A stretch of DNA of 64,000 nt from Malacoraja senta (taxonomy: Eukaryota). A program made the position numbers and the translations under genes. Below, one piece after another: positions 23,978 to 39,251 of this stretch. Location: contig CM075996.1 of the NCBI GenBank assembly GCA_038087875.1, forward strand, positions 5,520,001-5,584,000. Reading direction: 5' to 3'. The notes beneath the pieces are model-generated. The model did not search any database. It was given only the letters and a program-made list of their open reading frames with translations, and was not told the origin of the DNA. Position 1 is the stretch's first letter; every line of letters starts with the position of its first letter.

Positions 23978-24071
23978 ACAGTAAGTTCAACAGTATAACA
24001 TATACTGATTACAGTAAGTTCAACAGTATAACATATACTGATTACAGTAAGTTCAACAGTATAACATATAC
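23978..24071. repeat. 33-bp tandem repeat, ~2.8 copies
   Basis: acagtaagttcaacagtataacatatactgatt starting at 23978, 24011 and 24044. Confidence 0.92.
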
Positions 24072-24406
24072 CGACTGGTAGATGTTATACTGTCCTGACT
24101 ACGCCCCTGGGGTGATAGCCCTTCCTTGTTAGAGGGGTGGCCCCACCGGACTCTGCCCCTCAATGTTCAACAGCAGAGTTAACTTCTCAGTATATCCCAA
24201 GCATAGACCCCGGGCAGATCCGGAGCTTTGCAGCCACCGTTCACTGACCTTGAAATTTTGAATTCCCCTTTATTCTATGAAAATCGATTAAACTGCAAAT
24301 GCTAGAAATGTATTGGTTTTTTCTAGCTTTAGTTTTAGAGATACAGCACGGAAAGGGGCCCTTCGGCCCACCCAATCCGTGCCGACCAACGCTCACCCTC
24401 ACACTA

Positions 24407-24943
24407 CATAGATACATAGAAAATAGGTGCAGGAGTAGGCCATTCGGCCCTTCGAGCCTGCACCGCCATTCAATATGATCATGGCTGATCATACAACTCA
24501 GTATCCCGTACCTGCCTTCTCTCCATACCTCCTGATCCCTTTAGCCACAAGGGCCACATCTAACTCCCTCTTAAATATAGCCAATGAACTGGCCTCAACT
24601 ACCCTCTGTGGCAGAGACTTCCAGAGATTCACCACTCTCTGTGTGAAAAAGTTTTTCCTCATCTCGGTCTTAAAGGATTTCCCCCTTATCCTTAAGCTGT
24701 GACCCCTTGTCCTGGACTTCCCCAACATCGGGAACAATCTTCCTGCATCTAGCCTGTCCAACCCCATAAGAATTGTGTACGTTTCTCTAAGATCCCCTCT
24801 CAATCTCCTAAATTCTAGCGAGTATAAGCCAAGTCTATCCAGTCTTTCTTCATATGAAAGTCCTGACATCCCAGGAATCAGTCTGGTGAACCTTCTCTGC
24901 ACTCCCTCTATGGCTATAATGTCCTTCCTCAGATTTGGAGACC
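24407..24943 (-). mobile_element. CR1 3' fragment nested in a SINE
   Basis: WSPNLRKDIIAIEGVQRRFTRLIPG...YGEKAGTGY; flanked by cacacta. Confidence 0.9.
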
Positions 24944-26473
24944 ACACTAGTTCTATCCTACACACACTGGGGACAATTTACAGAAGCCAATCAACCTGCA
25001 AACCTGCACGTCTTTGGAGCGTGGGAGGAAACCAGGACACCCGGAGAAAACCCACGCAGTCACAGGGAGAATGTACAAACTCCGCACAGACTGCACCAGT
25101 AGTCGGGAAAGAACCCGGATCTCTGGTGCTGCGAGGCAGTAACTCTACCGCTGCGCCACCGTGCCACCCCAAATCTAAAACAAGAACAGAAACCGTTGGA
25201 AATACTCAGCAGGTCGGGATGAGAAAAAAAGTGAACATTTCAGGTCAGGGCCCCTTTGACAGAACTAAAAATGAGACAGAGCAGCTGGTAAAGCTGCAGT
25301 GAGATTGGGGTGGGAATGTTTCTTTATTCCACTGCACTTAGTTCTATATTTATTCCACTGCTCTTAGTTCTATATTATCTTCAAACATCAATGATGTTTT
25401 GTGTAAATGAGAATCTCCCTATATGTTACTCTATATTTGATTAGTACGGGCGTCAGGAGTTATTGGGTGAAGGCAGGAGAATGGGGTTAGGAGGGAGAGA
25501 TTGATCAGCCATGATTGAATGGCGGAGTAGACTTGATGGGCCGAATGGCCTAATTCTGCTCCTATTACTCATGACCATATATTAACCTTCACTCATGGTA
25601 CAAGTTGCTGCAGGGGATGTCCAGAGTTACTGAAAGCACTGGATAAACACAAGTGTTACCTTCCATTGAGAGTAGACAAAAATGCTGGAGAAATTCAGCA
25701 AGTGCGGCAGCATCTATGGAGCGAAGGGAATAGGCGATGTTTCGGGTCGAGACCCTTCTTTCAGACCAGTCTCATCCCGGCCACTCCAGACAAAAATGCT
25801 GGAGAAACTCAGCTGGTGAGGCAGCATCTATGGAGCGAAGGAATAGGTGACGTTTCGGGTCGAGACCCTTCTTCAGACCCTTCCATTGAGAGATCAGACT
25901 AATCAATCTCCCGTCGGTGAACTTGCAGAAATTCGCCCATTAGAAACAACTACAGACTGGGCATAAGTCAAGCTCATAAAGTTCCCACAATAAGAGCAAA
26001 GAAATGCCAGAAAACACTCATCATTAAACTTAAGTTGACTGCATTGCAACACAGATTTTTTTTTCCGCGATCCTCTGCTTTCTCCTACCACCCAGCAATT
26101 GTACTGAATGTCCTTGGCTGTTTTCACCCACACTTCCTGTACAAGCTTGCCTGTAGTCAAACAACAGTAAGAAAGAAACAATGCTGAGATTTTACTGCCT
26201 GGAACCTGTCACGTATGCCCAATGTCTGCTACCCAGGCCGCTGGCGAACTTCCACGGAAAAATCGGTCCGCCAATCCTCCCGACGGTGCTTTTTATTCGT
26301 TTGTAGTCACAATACACCTTGTATTTGTATTACTAAATACCAGTGTGAACCCCGCTCCGATGTCAGGTAAAACACAGTGACACAGACCAAGGCAGCTCGA
26401 ACCAGCTCATCCACTTGCACTCACACATTCAACTGGCTAGACAGTCATCGCTTCATACTGCGGCCCTCTCTTT

Positions 26474-26912
26474 CATAGAAACATAGAAAATAGGTGCAGG
26501 AGTAAGCCATTCGGCCCTTCGAGCCTGCACCGCCATTCAATATGATCATGGCTGATCATCCAACTCAGTATCCTGTACCTGCCTTCTCTCCATACTCCCT
26601 GATCCCTTTAGCCACAAGGGCCACATCTAACTCCCTCTTAAATATAGCCAATGAACTGGCCTCAACTACCTTCTGTGGCAGAGAATTCCACAGATTCACC
26701 ACTCTCTGTGTGAAAATGTTTTTTTCTCATCTCGGTCCTAAAAGACCTCCCCCTTATCCTCAAACTGTGACCCCTTGTTCTGGACTTCCCCAACATCGGG
26801 AACAATCTTCCTGCATCTAGCCTGTCCAACCCCTTAAAATTTTTGTACGTTTCTCTAAGATCCCCCCTCAATCTTCTAAATTCTAGCAAGTACAAGCCGA
26901 GTCTATCCAGTC
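26474..26912 (-). mobile_element. CR1 3' fragment
   Basis: Nearly identical to 24407-24943. Confidence 0.9.
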
Positions 26913-27739
26913 CATAATGAAACGGTGGTGACAAACGGTGCTCACTCAATGACTCTCTAAAAGAAACTGCAGATGCTGGAATCTTGAGCAAAACACAAAG
27001 TGCTGGAGGAACTGAACAAGTCACACAGTACTTCAGGAGTGAATGGACAAGTGATGTTTCGGGTTGGGACCCTTCTTCAACCGAAATGGTGACCTACTCT
27101 TTGTAACATTTGGAACACCATTACCTCCATTCAATGGATGTAAGGTTTAAGAAGGAACAGCAGATGCTGGAAAATCGAAGGTAGACAAAAATGCTGGAGA
27201 AACTCAGCGGGTGAGGCAGCATCTATGGAGCGAAGGAAATAGGCAACGTTTCGGGCTGAAACCCTAAGCGAAGGAAATAGGCAAAGTTTCGGCCCGAAAC
27301 TTTGCCTATTTCCTTCACTCCATAGATGCTGCCTCACCCGCTGAGTTTCTCCAGCATTTTTGTCTACATTGGATATAAGGTCTTGGTTTGATTTAAACAA
27401 GTGAGAGGCAATATTAAGACCTATTTAGTCATTCAACAGAAGCCAGGGAGGAATCTTTAAAAGGCAGAGGAGAACGTAAGTCACAATCCCTCTGGGCATG
27501 AAAACTCAATGAAAGCTCGATAAAGAACTGCTCTTATAGACTTTAAAAGGGTCTCCAGGCAGTCTCCAAGGCTCCGTTCCTGAGAACCATTTGTTACCTG
27601 AACCATTTAAAAAATATAATTTAACAAAAAATAATTGTAATCAATTATTTTACAAGAATAATATGGACAATACAAAACAACGCCAACAAACATGGCACTA
27701 AGTAAAACAAATATTCTTAAAATATGTAATATACTGAAA

Positions 27740-28025
27740 ATGAAACAACTGTGTTACAATCCTTGTCCATGATACATTCCACCCCCCGCGCGGTGCCCAG
27801 CGGTCCCGGAAATCCCACAGGGTGGCCGTGGACAGCGCGTGGTCCCCCTCTAGTGCCACGGACGTAACCCCGGAAAAAAAAAACAGGCAGCCGGCTCGGG
27901 CAGTGCTCCCTTCCGCCAGGCGCCGTGACCCGTGGATGGTCAGCTTGGCCAGGCCTCGGAGCAACCCAGCCAGGACATCTTCATCTCCACCCTCTCCCCT
28001 ACGCACCGGGGTGTCCGAACATGAC
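27740..28025 (-). mobile_element. Tx1/L1-clade LINE ORF2 C-terminal fragment
   Basis: GLLRGLAKLTIHGSRR...CLFFF...LEGDHALSTATLWDFRDRWAPRG. Confidence 0.55.
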
Positions 28026-28777
28026 TGACCTGTTGGCAGGTGGCGAAAGAATTAGAACAGTGTGAGGGAGGATCACAGAAACAGCTCGACGGGAGGGTGA
28101 GGAAGAGCAGACGCCAGATTCCTCCTGGGATAGACACACAAAGCTGGAGCCCCCACTCTCAGTCTGAAGAAGGGTCTTGACCTGAAACGTCACCTATTCC
28201 TTTCTCCATAGATGCTGTCTGACCCGCTGAGTTGCTCCGGCTTTGTGTGTCTATCTTCGGTTTAAACCAGCATCTGCAGTTCCTTCCCACACATTTTGTC
28301 TGTACCCAGAAATTGCCAGCTTTTGTCATGAAGATTTAGCCCTTCCAGGTTTAGTCCCATCAGGGCCTCACTCACCCCAATCCAGCCACGTCAAAACTTC
28401 CAATGGACGTGCTTCCTACACTCGCCCAACCTTTACACAGGGCAAGACATTGCACAAGGTTGGGAAACACAGTCTGATCCGCAGCGAGTGCTTGCAGCAA
28501 ACTACAAACTCTGGTTTCCCCCGGAACGTCCCAGATTTGGTTTCCAAGCGACTGATCATTTCGTAAAACTCGTTTAGCCTGCTGAATGAGTGTCAAGACA
28601 ACAGCTCAACACAACAACAGCCGAAGGCTCGACTTTTTTAATGAAAACATACAATTTAACTCCCACACACACAACGTATTCATTCCTTATAGGACGACGG
28701 GGATGTGGGATTAAAATCTGCCAGCCACAGTGGACTGGAGAGCTTGCAACAACAACTTCTCAATCACCAATGCTCAC

Positions 28778-28847
28778 TGTACTCCCCAGAAGAACCAAGA
28801 GATTACGTTGGTAATCATTTCCCACAGTTCCTGAAGACAGATAACAC
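28778..28847 (-). other. Candidate 70-nt non-coding 5'UTR exon of MRTF-A
   Basis: Acceptor tagtgcttttttttcag|, donor ACA|gtgagc. Lies in unique sequence upstream of the 17732 exon on the same strand. Splice signals are the only evidence. Confidence 0.28.
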
Positions 28848-29234
28848 CTGAAAAAAAAGCACTAAAAATGTGGAGCACAAAAAAACAGGTCATTTGAACC
28901 AACAGGTCAAGTTCCCTCCCCAGAAGCTGCCCGATTCTCCCAGTTCATCCAACACTGTTTTACTGCAGAAAGAAAAATCGCCCAGAAATAAAGGGGTGCA
29001 CCCAGAAATACCACACAAGAGATTCTCAATGAGGTACGCATGATGTCAGGTTTCCATCAGATGCAGACACAAGGAACTGCAGATGCTGGTTTACAAAAAA
29101 CATGCCAAGTGCTGGATTAACTCAGCCGACCAGCAGCATCTCTGGAGAATATGGATAGGTGGCGTGCCGGGCTGGGACCCCTTCAGTGAAGAAGAATCCT
29201 GACCCAAAACATCACCTATCTGTGTTCTCCGTCC

Positions 29235-29730
29235 AAGAAATTGCAGAGAATTGCGGATGCAGCCCAGACCATCACACAAACCAACCTCCCTTCCATTGAC
29301 TCCATTTACTTCTCGCGCTACCTCGGCAAGGCCAGCAGCAAAGATCGTAGAAAGTATCTTTGGCCAGCAGCATAATCAAGGACGAGACGCACCCCGGCCA
29401 CTCCCTCTTCTCCCCACTCACATCAGGCAAAAGGTATCGAAGTGTGAAAATGCACATCTCCAGATTCAGGGACAGTTTCTCCCCCAGCAACTGAACGATT
29501 CTACCAACAACCAGAGAGCGGTCCTGAACTACTATCTACCTCATTGGAGACCCTCGGACTATCTTTAATCGGATTTTATCTTGCAGTAAACATTATTCTG
29601 TTTATCATGTATCTGTACACTGTGGACGGCTTGATTGAAATCATGTATTGTCTTTCTGCTGACTGGTTAGCACGCAACAAAAGCTTTTCACTGTACCTCG
29701 GTACACGTGACATTAAACTAAACTCATCAC
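29235..29730 (+). mobile_element. Rex1/Babar-like 3' fragment
   Basis: Decayed LQRI.DAAQTIT.TNLPSI...HPGHSL.SP..SG.RYRS in shifting frames; 3'UTR ctgtacctcggtacacgtgac. Confidence 0.7.
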
Positions 29731-30338
29731 TAAACTCAGATATGCTACCTGACCCACTGATTTACTCCAGCATTGCACTTCTCTTCTCTCCCCCCCGCCC
29801 CCCCCCCTCAGCCCCCCAGATACAGTTTTGAAAGGTGGAGAGTTAGGCAGCTTGAAAGAAGAGAATATGACTTTGATAAATAACACCCAAGAAAGTTACA
29901 AACACAACTCTTCACAACGCCCATTCACCCAAAGTATAAATTGTAACAGATACACAAAAGGAAGCAAGACTAGCCATGTTACACCTACACCCGGGGGCAG
30001 ATATTTAGAACTTCTGGCCTGCCACGTTTGGACAGGTATGTATAATCCTGACTTGCATTCTTTCGCCCCGAGCTGCAGAGGCATTGATCAGTGCAGCTGT
30101 CGGCCCAGGCTGAGGCAAAACAAAGGAGCAGACTGAAGCAACGCCATTCTTTATAATAACCGCAACCACCTCCAACTTGAAAACCCGTAATACGAGACGA
30201 TTTTAATGGGTATCGGTATTCTTCAGTCGGTGAATATGTAGTTCATTCAGGATAGATTTTCTTCTCGATTGTCCCCAGTCCCGTCAAGTAACAGGGGTGC
30301 AACAAACACACGATGAAAGTCCAACCATGTACAATGAG

Positions 30339-30570
30339 CTGAAGATAGACACAAAAAGCTGCAGAAACTCAGCAGGTCAGGCAGCATCTCTGGAGAATAG
30401 GAATAGGTGACATTTTGGGTTGGGACCCTTCTTCAGACTGAAGAAGGCTCTCGACCCGAAACGTCACATATTCCTTTTTACCAGAGATGCTGTCTGACCC
30501 GCTGAGTTACTCCAGCTTTTTGTGTCGATCTTCAGTTTAAACCAGCATCTACAGTTCCTTCCTACACATT
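30339..30570. mobile_element. Palindromic Penelope terminal-repeat unit (representative of dozens, e.g. ~500-750, 12910-13106, 22560-22797, 27149-27368, 40816-40970, 42868-43070, 44550-44750, 53428-53608, 63100-63298)
   Basis: Shared core actcagcgggtcaggcagcatctctggag...gggtcgagacccttcttcag and its reverse complement, ending ccagcatctgcagttccttc. Confidence 0.75.
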
Positions 30571-31032
30571 CAATGAGCTGACTGGTACAGTACACTGGCT
30601 TTCTAACATGCCTGCACATTGCACACAGATTAAATCCGTGTCACTCTGCCATTCTTGTTCTAAGAGTGTCCACGTTATTTCTGGCATTTTAATCTAAAGA
30701 GCCATTGGCAGAACAGCTGATCACTGCCGCAAGGACCCTGCAAAGTTTCAAGGAGGGAGTAGCATACGCATTCTTGGGATTAGTCTCCCCGAGATACTTC
30801 TACGCCCATGTGTGACAATACACAGATATATCGTCTCCTCTCATTTCATGCACAACCATCATGACATAACCACGACGGCCCTATCGATTAACAAAAGCAT
30901 TTTGTACAGCAGCGAGACTTCATGAACTTGCGCCATAAACCCGTCGAAGGACTGACTGAACTCACTCCTTACAGGCATTAAAAAACTAATTACAACAAAA
31001 TTACACAACGCTGAAAGTACTTTCAGTACTCC

Positions 31033-32560
<1,528 letters not shown>

Positions 32561-33189
32561 CAAGATTTTGTACTTTAACAATGTCAACTTTACAATTCAT
32601 TTAAAACACAAAGTGCTGGAGTAAGTCGGCGGGTCACTGTGGGGGCGGAATGGATAAGCGACGTTTCAGGTTGGGACCCTTCTTCCATGTATCAGGATAC
32701 ATGTTAATAGCCTAGTTTCCTTGCACTGCTTGTCCTTGAAGAACATTCCCCTTCATTTAATGCAAGTGAATCATCAACTGGTTAATCAAAAATAGATTTT
32801 ATTTTTTTAATTGATGACAATATCATGAGTTTTACCTTGCACTTTATCTAATCTGGGGCCAGCACAAAGTTTGAGGAGGTTTTAAATAATTCAGCTGAAG
32901 GGAGACTTCAGGAATACCAGCAGCAACCTATTCAATTAGTAACCTGACTCACTGTTTGCTGTCTGTCTACCATGGCTGTTGCTACTTCCATAAATCTGGC
33001 ACAAAGTGGGGTGAATGGCCTTGTGCCCCATGACTCACTCTCTGCAGGTAAAGGAGAAATGACCCTGCAGATGAAGCAAGCTGAGCAAGCAAAAGAAAAA
33101 ACACAGAAGGCATTAAATCTAGTTCGTAAGTGATAGGACCACATTAAGGCCACTTGGCCCATCAAGTTTAATCTGCCATTCAATCATTC

Positions 33190-33752
33190 AATGATGAAGT
33201 GGGGGGGGGGGGGTATGATGAAGTTGGGGTGGGGGTCTGAGGAAGTGATGGGGGTGGGGGGAGGAGTCTGATGAAGGGGGGGTCTGATGAAGTAACGGGG
33301 TGGGGGAAGGAGCCTGATGAAGTGTCAGGGAGACACGATGAAGTGTCAGGGGACCTGATGAAGTGCCGGGGGGACCTGATGACATGTCGGGGGGACCCGA
33401 TGAAGTGTCGGGGCAGGGGAGGGAGTCTGATGAAGTGACGGGGAGGGGGGGGGGGAGAGTCTGATGAAGTGACAGGGCAGGGGGGTCTGATGAAGTGATG
33501 GGGCAGGAGGAGACCTGATGAAGTGTCGGGGGGGGGGGATGAAGTGTCGGGGGGGCCTGGTGAAGTGTCGGGGGGGCCTGATGAAGTGTTTAGGGCAGGG
33601 GAGGGAGTCTGATGAAGTGACGGGCGGGGGGTGGGGAATTTGATGAAATGACGGGGGCAGGGGGGTCTGATGAATTGTCGGGGGGGGGGCCTGATGAAGT
33701 GTCGAGGGGGGGGGCCTGATGAAGTGTTGAGGGGGGGGCCTGATGAAGTGAA
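33190..33752 (+). repeat. G-rich minisatellite, ~23 units of CTGATGAAGTG plus variable G-tract spacer
   Basis: Directly visible. Confidence 0.93.
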
Positions 33753-33859
33753 TGATCATGTTAATAAAGTGTCTGAGTGGCATTAGAAAACCAAAATGCA
33801 TAAAGGCAACAAAATAAAATACCATTAAAGACTGAACAGCTAATCTGGCCACATTTGCT

Positions 33860-34180
33860 TTTAGTCTTTAGTTTTAGTTTTAGAGACAGTGCGGAATCAG
33901 GCTCTTCAGCCCACCGAGTCCGCGCCGACCAGTGATCCCCGCGCATTAACCATCCTGCACACACTAGGGACAATTTTTACATTTAACCAAGCCAATTAAC
34001 CGACCGACCTGCACGCCTTTGGAGTGTGGGAGGAAACAGAAAATCTCGGAGAAAACCCACGCAGTCACGGAGAGAACGTACAAACTCCGTACAGACAGCA
34101 CCCGTAGTCAGGATCGAACGCGGGCCTCCGGTGCTGTAAGCGCTGCAAGGCAGCAACTCTACCGCTGCGCCACCGTGCCG
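33860..34180 (-). mobile_element. tRNA-derived SINE (HE1-like); other copies at ~9250-9720, 15097-15397, 16380-16697, 16845-17095, 24330-25170, 34495-34780, 42516-42810, 45790-46302, 51630-51915, 54890-55190, 61006-61245
   Basis: Reverse complement of the tRNA-like head (ggcagcaactctaccgctgcgccaccgtgc) and a (taaac)n tail. Confidence 0.85.
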
Positions 34181-35394
34181 CAGATCATATTCTGCAAACC
34201 ACCCGCTGGCTCAGTTTCTCTGTTAGTAAAGCAGGGCCTGCCGGGCACCAAGGACAGAGCTGCATTTCACAACATTTTATAAGCCTTTAACTGGGTTATC
34301 ACTGTCCAACAGCCTCCATTATCAACCACGAGTCTCCATAGCAACCTGAGCCTCAACCCATCACAAATATCCTACTTGTCCTATTTATCTCTACCCCCAC
34401 CTTCTCCGCAAGTTTAAACTAACTTGTCCACTAACTTGTTCCTCAGTCCACTGATGCCACGTGGCCTGTGGAGAATTCCTGTAGTGGCCATATTTAGTGC
34501 AGCGGTAGAGTTGCTGGCTGAGACACGGTTCGATCCTGGCTACGGGTGCTTGTATGTATGGAGTTTGTACGTTCTCCCCATGACCTGCGTGGTTATTCCC
34601 CAAGAACTTTGGTATCCTCCCGCACTCCAAAGACGTCCTGGTTTGTAGGTTTATTGTCTTGGCATAAATGTAAAAATTGTCCCTGGTGTAGAATAGCGTT
34701 AATGTGCGGGGATCACTGGTCGGTGCGGACTCGGTGGTCCGAAAGGGCCCGTTTCTGCGCTGTATCTCCAAACTAAACTAAAAATATTTGTTTCAAATGT
34801 CCAACATATTCCAACAAACCCTCGTTAGTAGGTATAAGGCGATTGCAGGTAGCAGTCCTGAGGAAATTAATGGTATTTTTCTTTAAAAAGAACTGGAGCA
34901 GAACCTCAAGGTATCTGTGGTCTGATGGGGTAAGGCGTTTGATCTTTAATTGCACCCTCAGTGTAACCCAATTGTACAGTTAATATTTCCCAATACTTCT
35001 ATTAACCCATCTCTAAAATCCATAGATCAATAAGCTGATAGAACCAAGGCTATCAAATGAACAACGTACAGAATTTCACCGGAACAGAAATTCTGTAATT
35101 CAAAACTTAGTGCAGCTCAACTTATAAAAAATATGCTGAGAGAGACAAGAAGCCAATAAAATAATTGAAGATTTGTAATTTACTAATGTAAAAGTCCAAT
35201 TACATTTGTAAAGCAGCGAGTGGTCATAAGGTCATAAGTGATAGGAGCAGAATTAGGCCATTCGGCCCATCAAGTCCACACCATTCAATCATGGCTGATC
35301 TATCTTTCCCTCCTAACCCCATTCTCCTGCCTTCTCCCAATAACCCCTGACACCCACACTAATCAAGAATCTATCTATCTCTGCCTTACAAACA

Positions 35395-36441
35395 TACTAG
35401 TGGGGTACCGCAAGGCTCAGTGCTGGGACCCCAGCTATTTACAATATATATTAATGATTTGGACGAGGGAATTGAATGCAACATCTCCAAGTTTGTGGAT
35501 GACACGAAGCTGGGGGGCAGTATTAGCTGTGAGGAGGGTGCTAGGAGGCTACAAGATGACTTGGATAGGCTGGGTGAGTGGGCAAATGCATGGCAGATGC
35601 AGTATAATGTGGATAAATGTGAGGTTATCCACTTTGGTGGCAAAAACAGGAAAGTAGACTATTACCTGAATGGAGGCAGATTAGGAAAAGGGGAGATGCA
35701 ACGAGACCTGGGTGTAATGGTGCACCAGTCATTGAAAGGTCAGTCATTGAAAGTAGGCATGCAGGTGCAGCAGGCAGTGAAGAAAGCGAATGGTATGTTA
35801 GCATTCATAGCAAAAGGATTTGAGTATCGGAGCAGGGAGGTTCTACTGCAGTTGTACAGGGTCTTGGTGAGACCATACCTGGAGTATTGCGTACAGTTTT
35901 GGTCTCCTAATCTGAGGAAAGACATTCTTGCCATAGAGGGAGTACAGAGAAGGTTCACCAGACTGATTCCTGGGATGTTAGGACTTTCATATGAAGAAAG
36001 ATTGGATAGACTCGGCTTGTGCTCGCTAGAATTTAGAAGATTGAGGGGGGATCTTATAGAAACTTACAAATTCTTAAGGGGTTGGACAGGCTAGATGCAG
36101 GAAGATTGTTCCCGATGTTGGGGAAGTCCAGAACAAGGGGTCACAGTTTAAGGATAAAGGGGAAATCTTTTAGGACTGAGATGAGAAAAACATTTTTTAC
36201 ACAGAGAATGGTGAATCTCTGTAATTCTCTGCCACAGAATGTAGTTGAGGTCAGTTCATTGGCTATATTTAATAGGGAGTTAGATGTGGCCCTTGTGGCT
36301 AAAGGGATCAGGGGGTATGGAGAGAAGGCAGGTACAGGATACTGAGTTGGATGATCAGCCATGATCATATTGAATGGCGGTGCAGGCTCGAAGGGCCGAA
36401 TGGCCTACTCCTGCACCTATTTTCTATGTCTATGTTTCTAT
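35395..36441 (+). mobile_element. CR1 (HER1-type) LINE, 5'-truncated: RT C-terminus + 3'UTR
   Basis: SGVPQGSVLGPQLFTIYINDLD...SKFVDDTKL...YCVQFWSP...RRLRGDLIETYK; frameshift near 36070; ctatgt tail. Confidence 0.93.
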
Positions 36442-39251
36442 CCGTGATAGATGTAAAATTGATTATAAATTCTACTATATCTTGAGGGATATTAATGGTC
36501 ATGATCACAGTGAATGGCGGTGCTGGCTCGAAGGGCCGAAAGGCCTACCCCTGCACCTATTGTCTATTGTTAAACATCAATTCAAGCAAATTGGCCTGTC
36601 AAAAACATTTACACTGTCAAATGTTTGCACATTTTAAGTTGTCGTTGGTTTTGAAATATTCGGAACATGGGCTTTTCAATAAATTTTGGCAAAAGTCTTT
36701 ACTAAATCAAACCTCAAAAACAACATATCCAGTTACATATGGCCGACATAAACTATGGCCCCGAGTGCACTACTCGTAATTCTGTGGAGAACTGCCAAAC
36801 AGCTTCAGCCTGTTCATCAGCTTCTGGCCGACATGCACACCTGCACATTACGTTAAGGAATAAGCCAGAGGTCAGATACTGATGCAACTAATCTTCCACA
36901 CTACCGCTGGGCTCTGCTCTGGTGCACTGCGCAGCGGCACTTAATATCCTGAATAACCAGCCCCACACCATTATGCCACGGTTTAAATAACATAGCACAC
37001 CTCAACTCACCCACATGATTTGCAGACCTCAATTAAAAAAAAAAAAAGTGGGGATGTTCCCATTTTACTTCAATCATGAAGATTCAATTATTGTGTAGAA
37101 AAGAACTGCAGATGTTGGTATATATCGAAGATAGACAGCATCTCTGGGGAACATAGATATGTGACGTTTCAGGTCGGGATCCATCTTCAGACTGAAGAAG
37201 GGTCCCGACCCAAAACGTCACCCATCCTTTCTCATATCTCTAGTTTCCCTCTCCCCTGACTCTCAGTCCGGTGATCCGAAACATCACCTATTCCTTTTCT
37301 CAAGAGATGCTGCCTGACTCACTGAGTTACTCCAGCACTTTGTGTCTATCTTTGATTAAGTTATTGATTGAACGTGCGTTTAAATAATGACCGTAACTTT
37401 TTTTTAAAATAAATAATTTTGCCCCTATTTTGATGTCTCTGACCTGCATATTTATAAATCAGTCCAAAGAACTTTAACAGCAGTGAGCTACCGAGAAGCT
37501 ATTTGGGTAGTTATGGGGCAGAGCCTCAGTATTCACCACCCAAGACCAGTCTGCTTCATGGCTTAGCTGTGGCAAAAAGGCCTGGAGAATATCTGGGCCT
37601 GTGGAGGTGTGAAGTGAAGCACAGGCAGCAAGTGTGAGCAGATCAAGCAGTGTACAGCCCTGGCACTCGAGTGGCCCTCGAGTGACTGAGGCTGACAATC
37701 TGGTCTTCAACCCATAACAAGGCAGAACACTGGAACACTTTGAACATTTCCAGAGTAGACTTGTAACGGTGGCACTAGGATACACTGGTAGAGCTACTGC
37801 CTGAGTGGCCAATGACCCACGTTCAATCCTGACCTGCAAATCTGTGGAGCTTGCCCGGCTTTCTTTCGACTGCCTGCGTTTCCATCGGGTGCGCGGTTTT
37901 ACCTACCACATCCCAAGAACAGTTTGGTCGGTGAATTGGCCACTATAAACTGCCCGATTTCCCCCTGGTGTAGGTGGGCAATGGAAATGCGGGGAGAATA
38001 AATTGCAAGGAATACCAGTGGAGCTCTGCGAGACAACCTGGACTTGATGGGCCGAATGGCTTGCTTCTACGTCACAAGAAAATGTGAAGGCAAGTCACTC
38101 ATGACAAAAGTTATCTCTGCAAAAGAATTCTAGGAAGCCAGCAGGGGCACACCTACAAATGCAGAGTTGTGCAATTAAGTTCTAGATAGGGACCATTTGA
38201 AAATGCAAAGTCATTAACCTGAAGGCAAATTATTAGCTGGATAAGGAAGCGAGTTGAGTTGCAGGAGATAGAGTAGGAGCGATTAGCGATGCCCCACAAG
38301 CAACTGTATTGACTACAATTATTCACAGTGCATAAAAGCTACTTAGATTATAGGATAGAAAGCTGCAGATCAAACACTGGCGATTCCACAAAGATAGCCG
38401 ACATTTTATGCTGGGCACTTGGAAACATTACATTTCAAAGATTACATTAACAGTTATAAACAAATATGCAAAACCATAGCAAATGGATTTTAATGCAAGC
38501 AAATAGGAGGTCATCAACTTTTGATCCAAAAAGAAAATGACTAATTCACTAGTAAAAAGAGAAACAACGGTGATCCAAAGACTGAGGTCCATGTAAAAAA
38601 ATTAAAATGCCAGGGACTGGTGTCAGAAAGTAATAAAAAGAACAATTTGCCATTATATTCAAGGGCAATAGAAACAAAACTTATTTTGCAGCTGAAAGAA
38701 GGGAAGAGATTGACCCTTTTTTCACCTTCCATCACAGTGAGGAATGTGGAGGAGTCACTGTGGTGGATGTTTATGTTCAAATGTAATTTGTGTATTCTGT
38801 TGCTTTTTATTGGTGTGACTGTTTAAAATAGCAAATGAAATTCCTCGTATGTTGCAAAACATACTTGGCTAATAAAGTGTTAATGAAATTGTGATTACAA
38901 AGTTCTCTCTTGTGGGCTGGAGATGGAGAACCGTGGGCTGATATAGAAACTCCGAACATGATATATTAACCTCAGAGGAAGCTCAAGGAAGTTTGTTCAA
39001 GTGACAACTGGAGAGATAACACAGGCCAAGGCTGCATTTCCTAAAACTCACAGAGTTACGAGGTGACATGATTGAATGAGGGGTAAATTCCTTTGGGTGG
39101 ATGGAGAGAAACCATTTAAGGTGGTGTATTAATGATAATTGGGGCATGGACATTGTCTGATTTAGATGTCGCAGAACATGGAAACCAGCTCTTCGGCTCC
39201 ATTTGTCCATGCCAACCAAAATGCCCTCTCCACACTTGTCCACATTTGACC

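Noticed and set aside
33190..33752. CRISPR-like array, snoRNA cluster or hammerhead array
   Set aside because: Vertebrate DNA; the 11-nt repeat and low-complexity spacers are too short; no terminal stems, guide sequences or GAAA partner. The overlapping 168-aa minus ORF is a repeat artefact.
35420..36094. 224-aa ORF as a host gene
   Set aside because: 5'-truncated, frameshifted CR1 ORF2 fragment.
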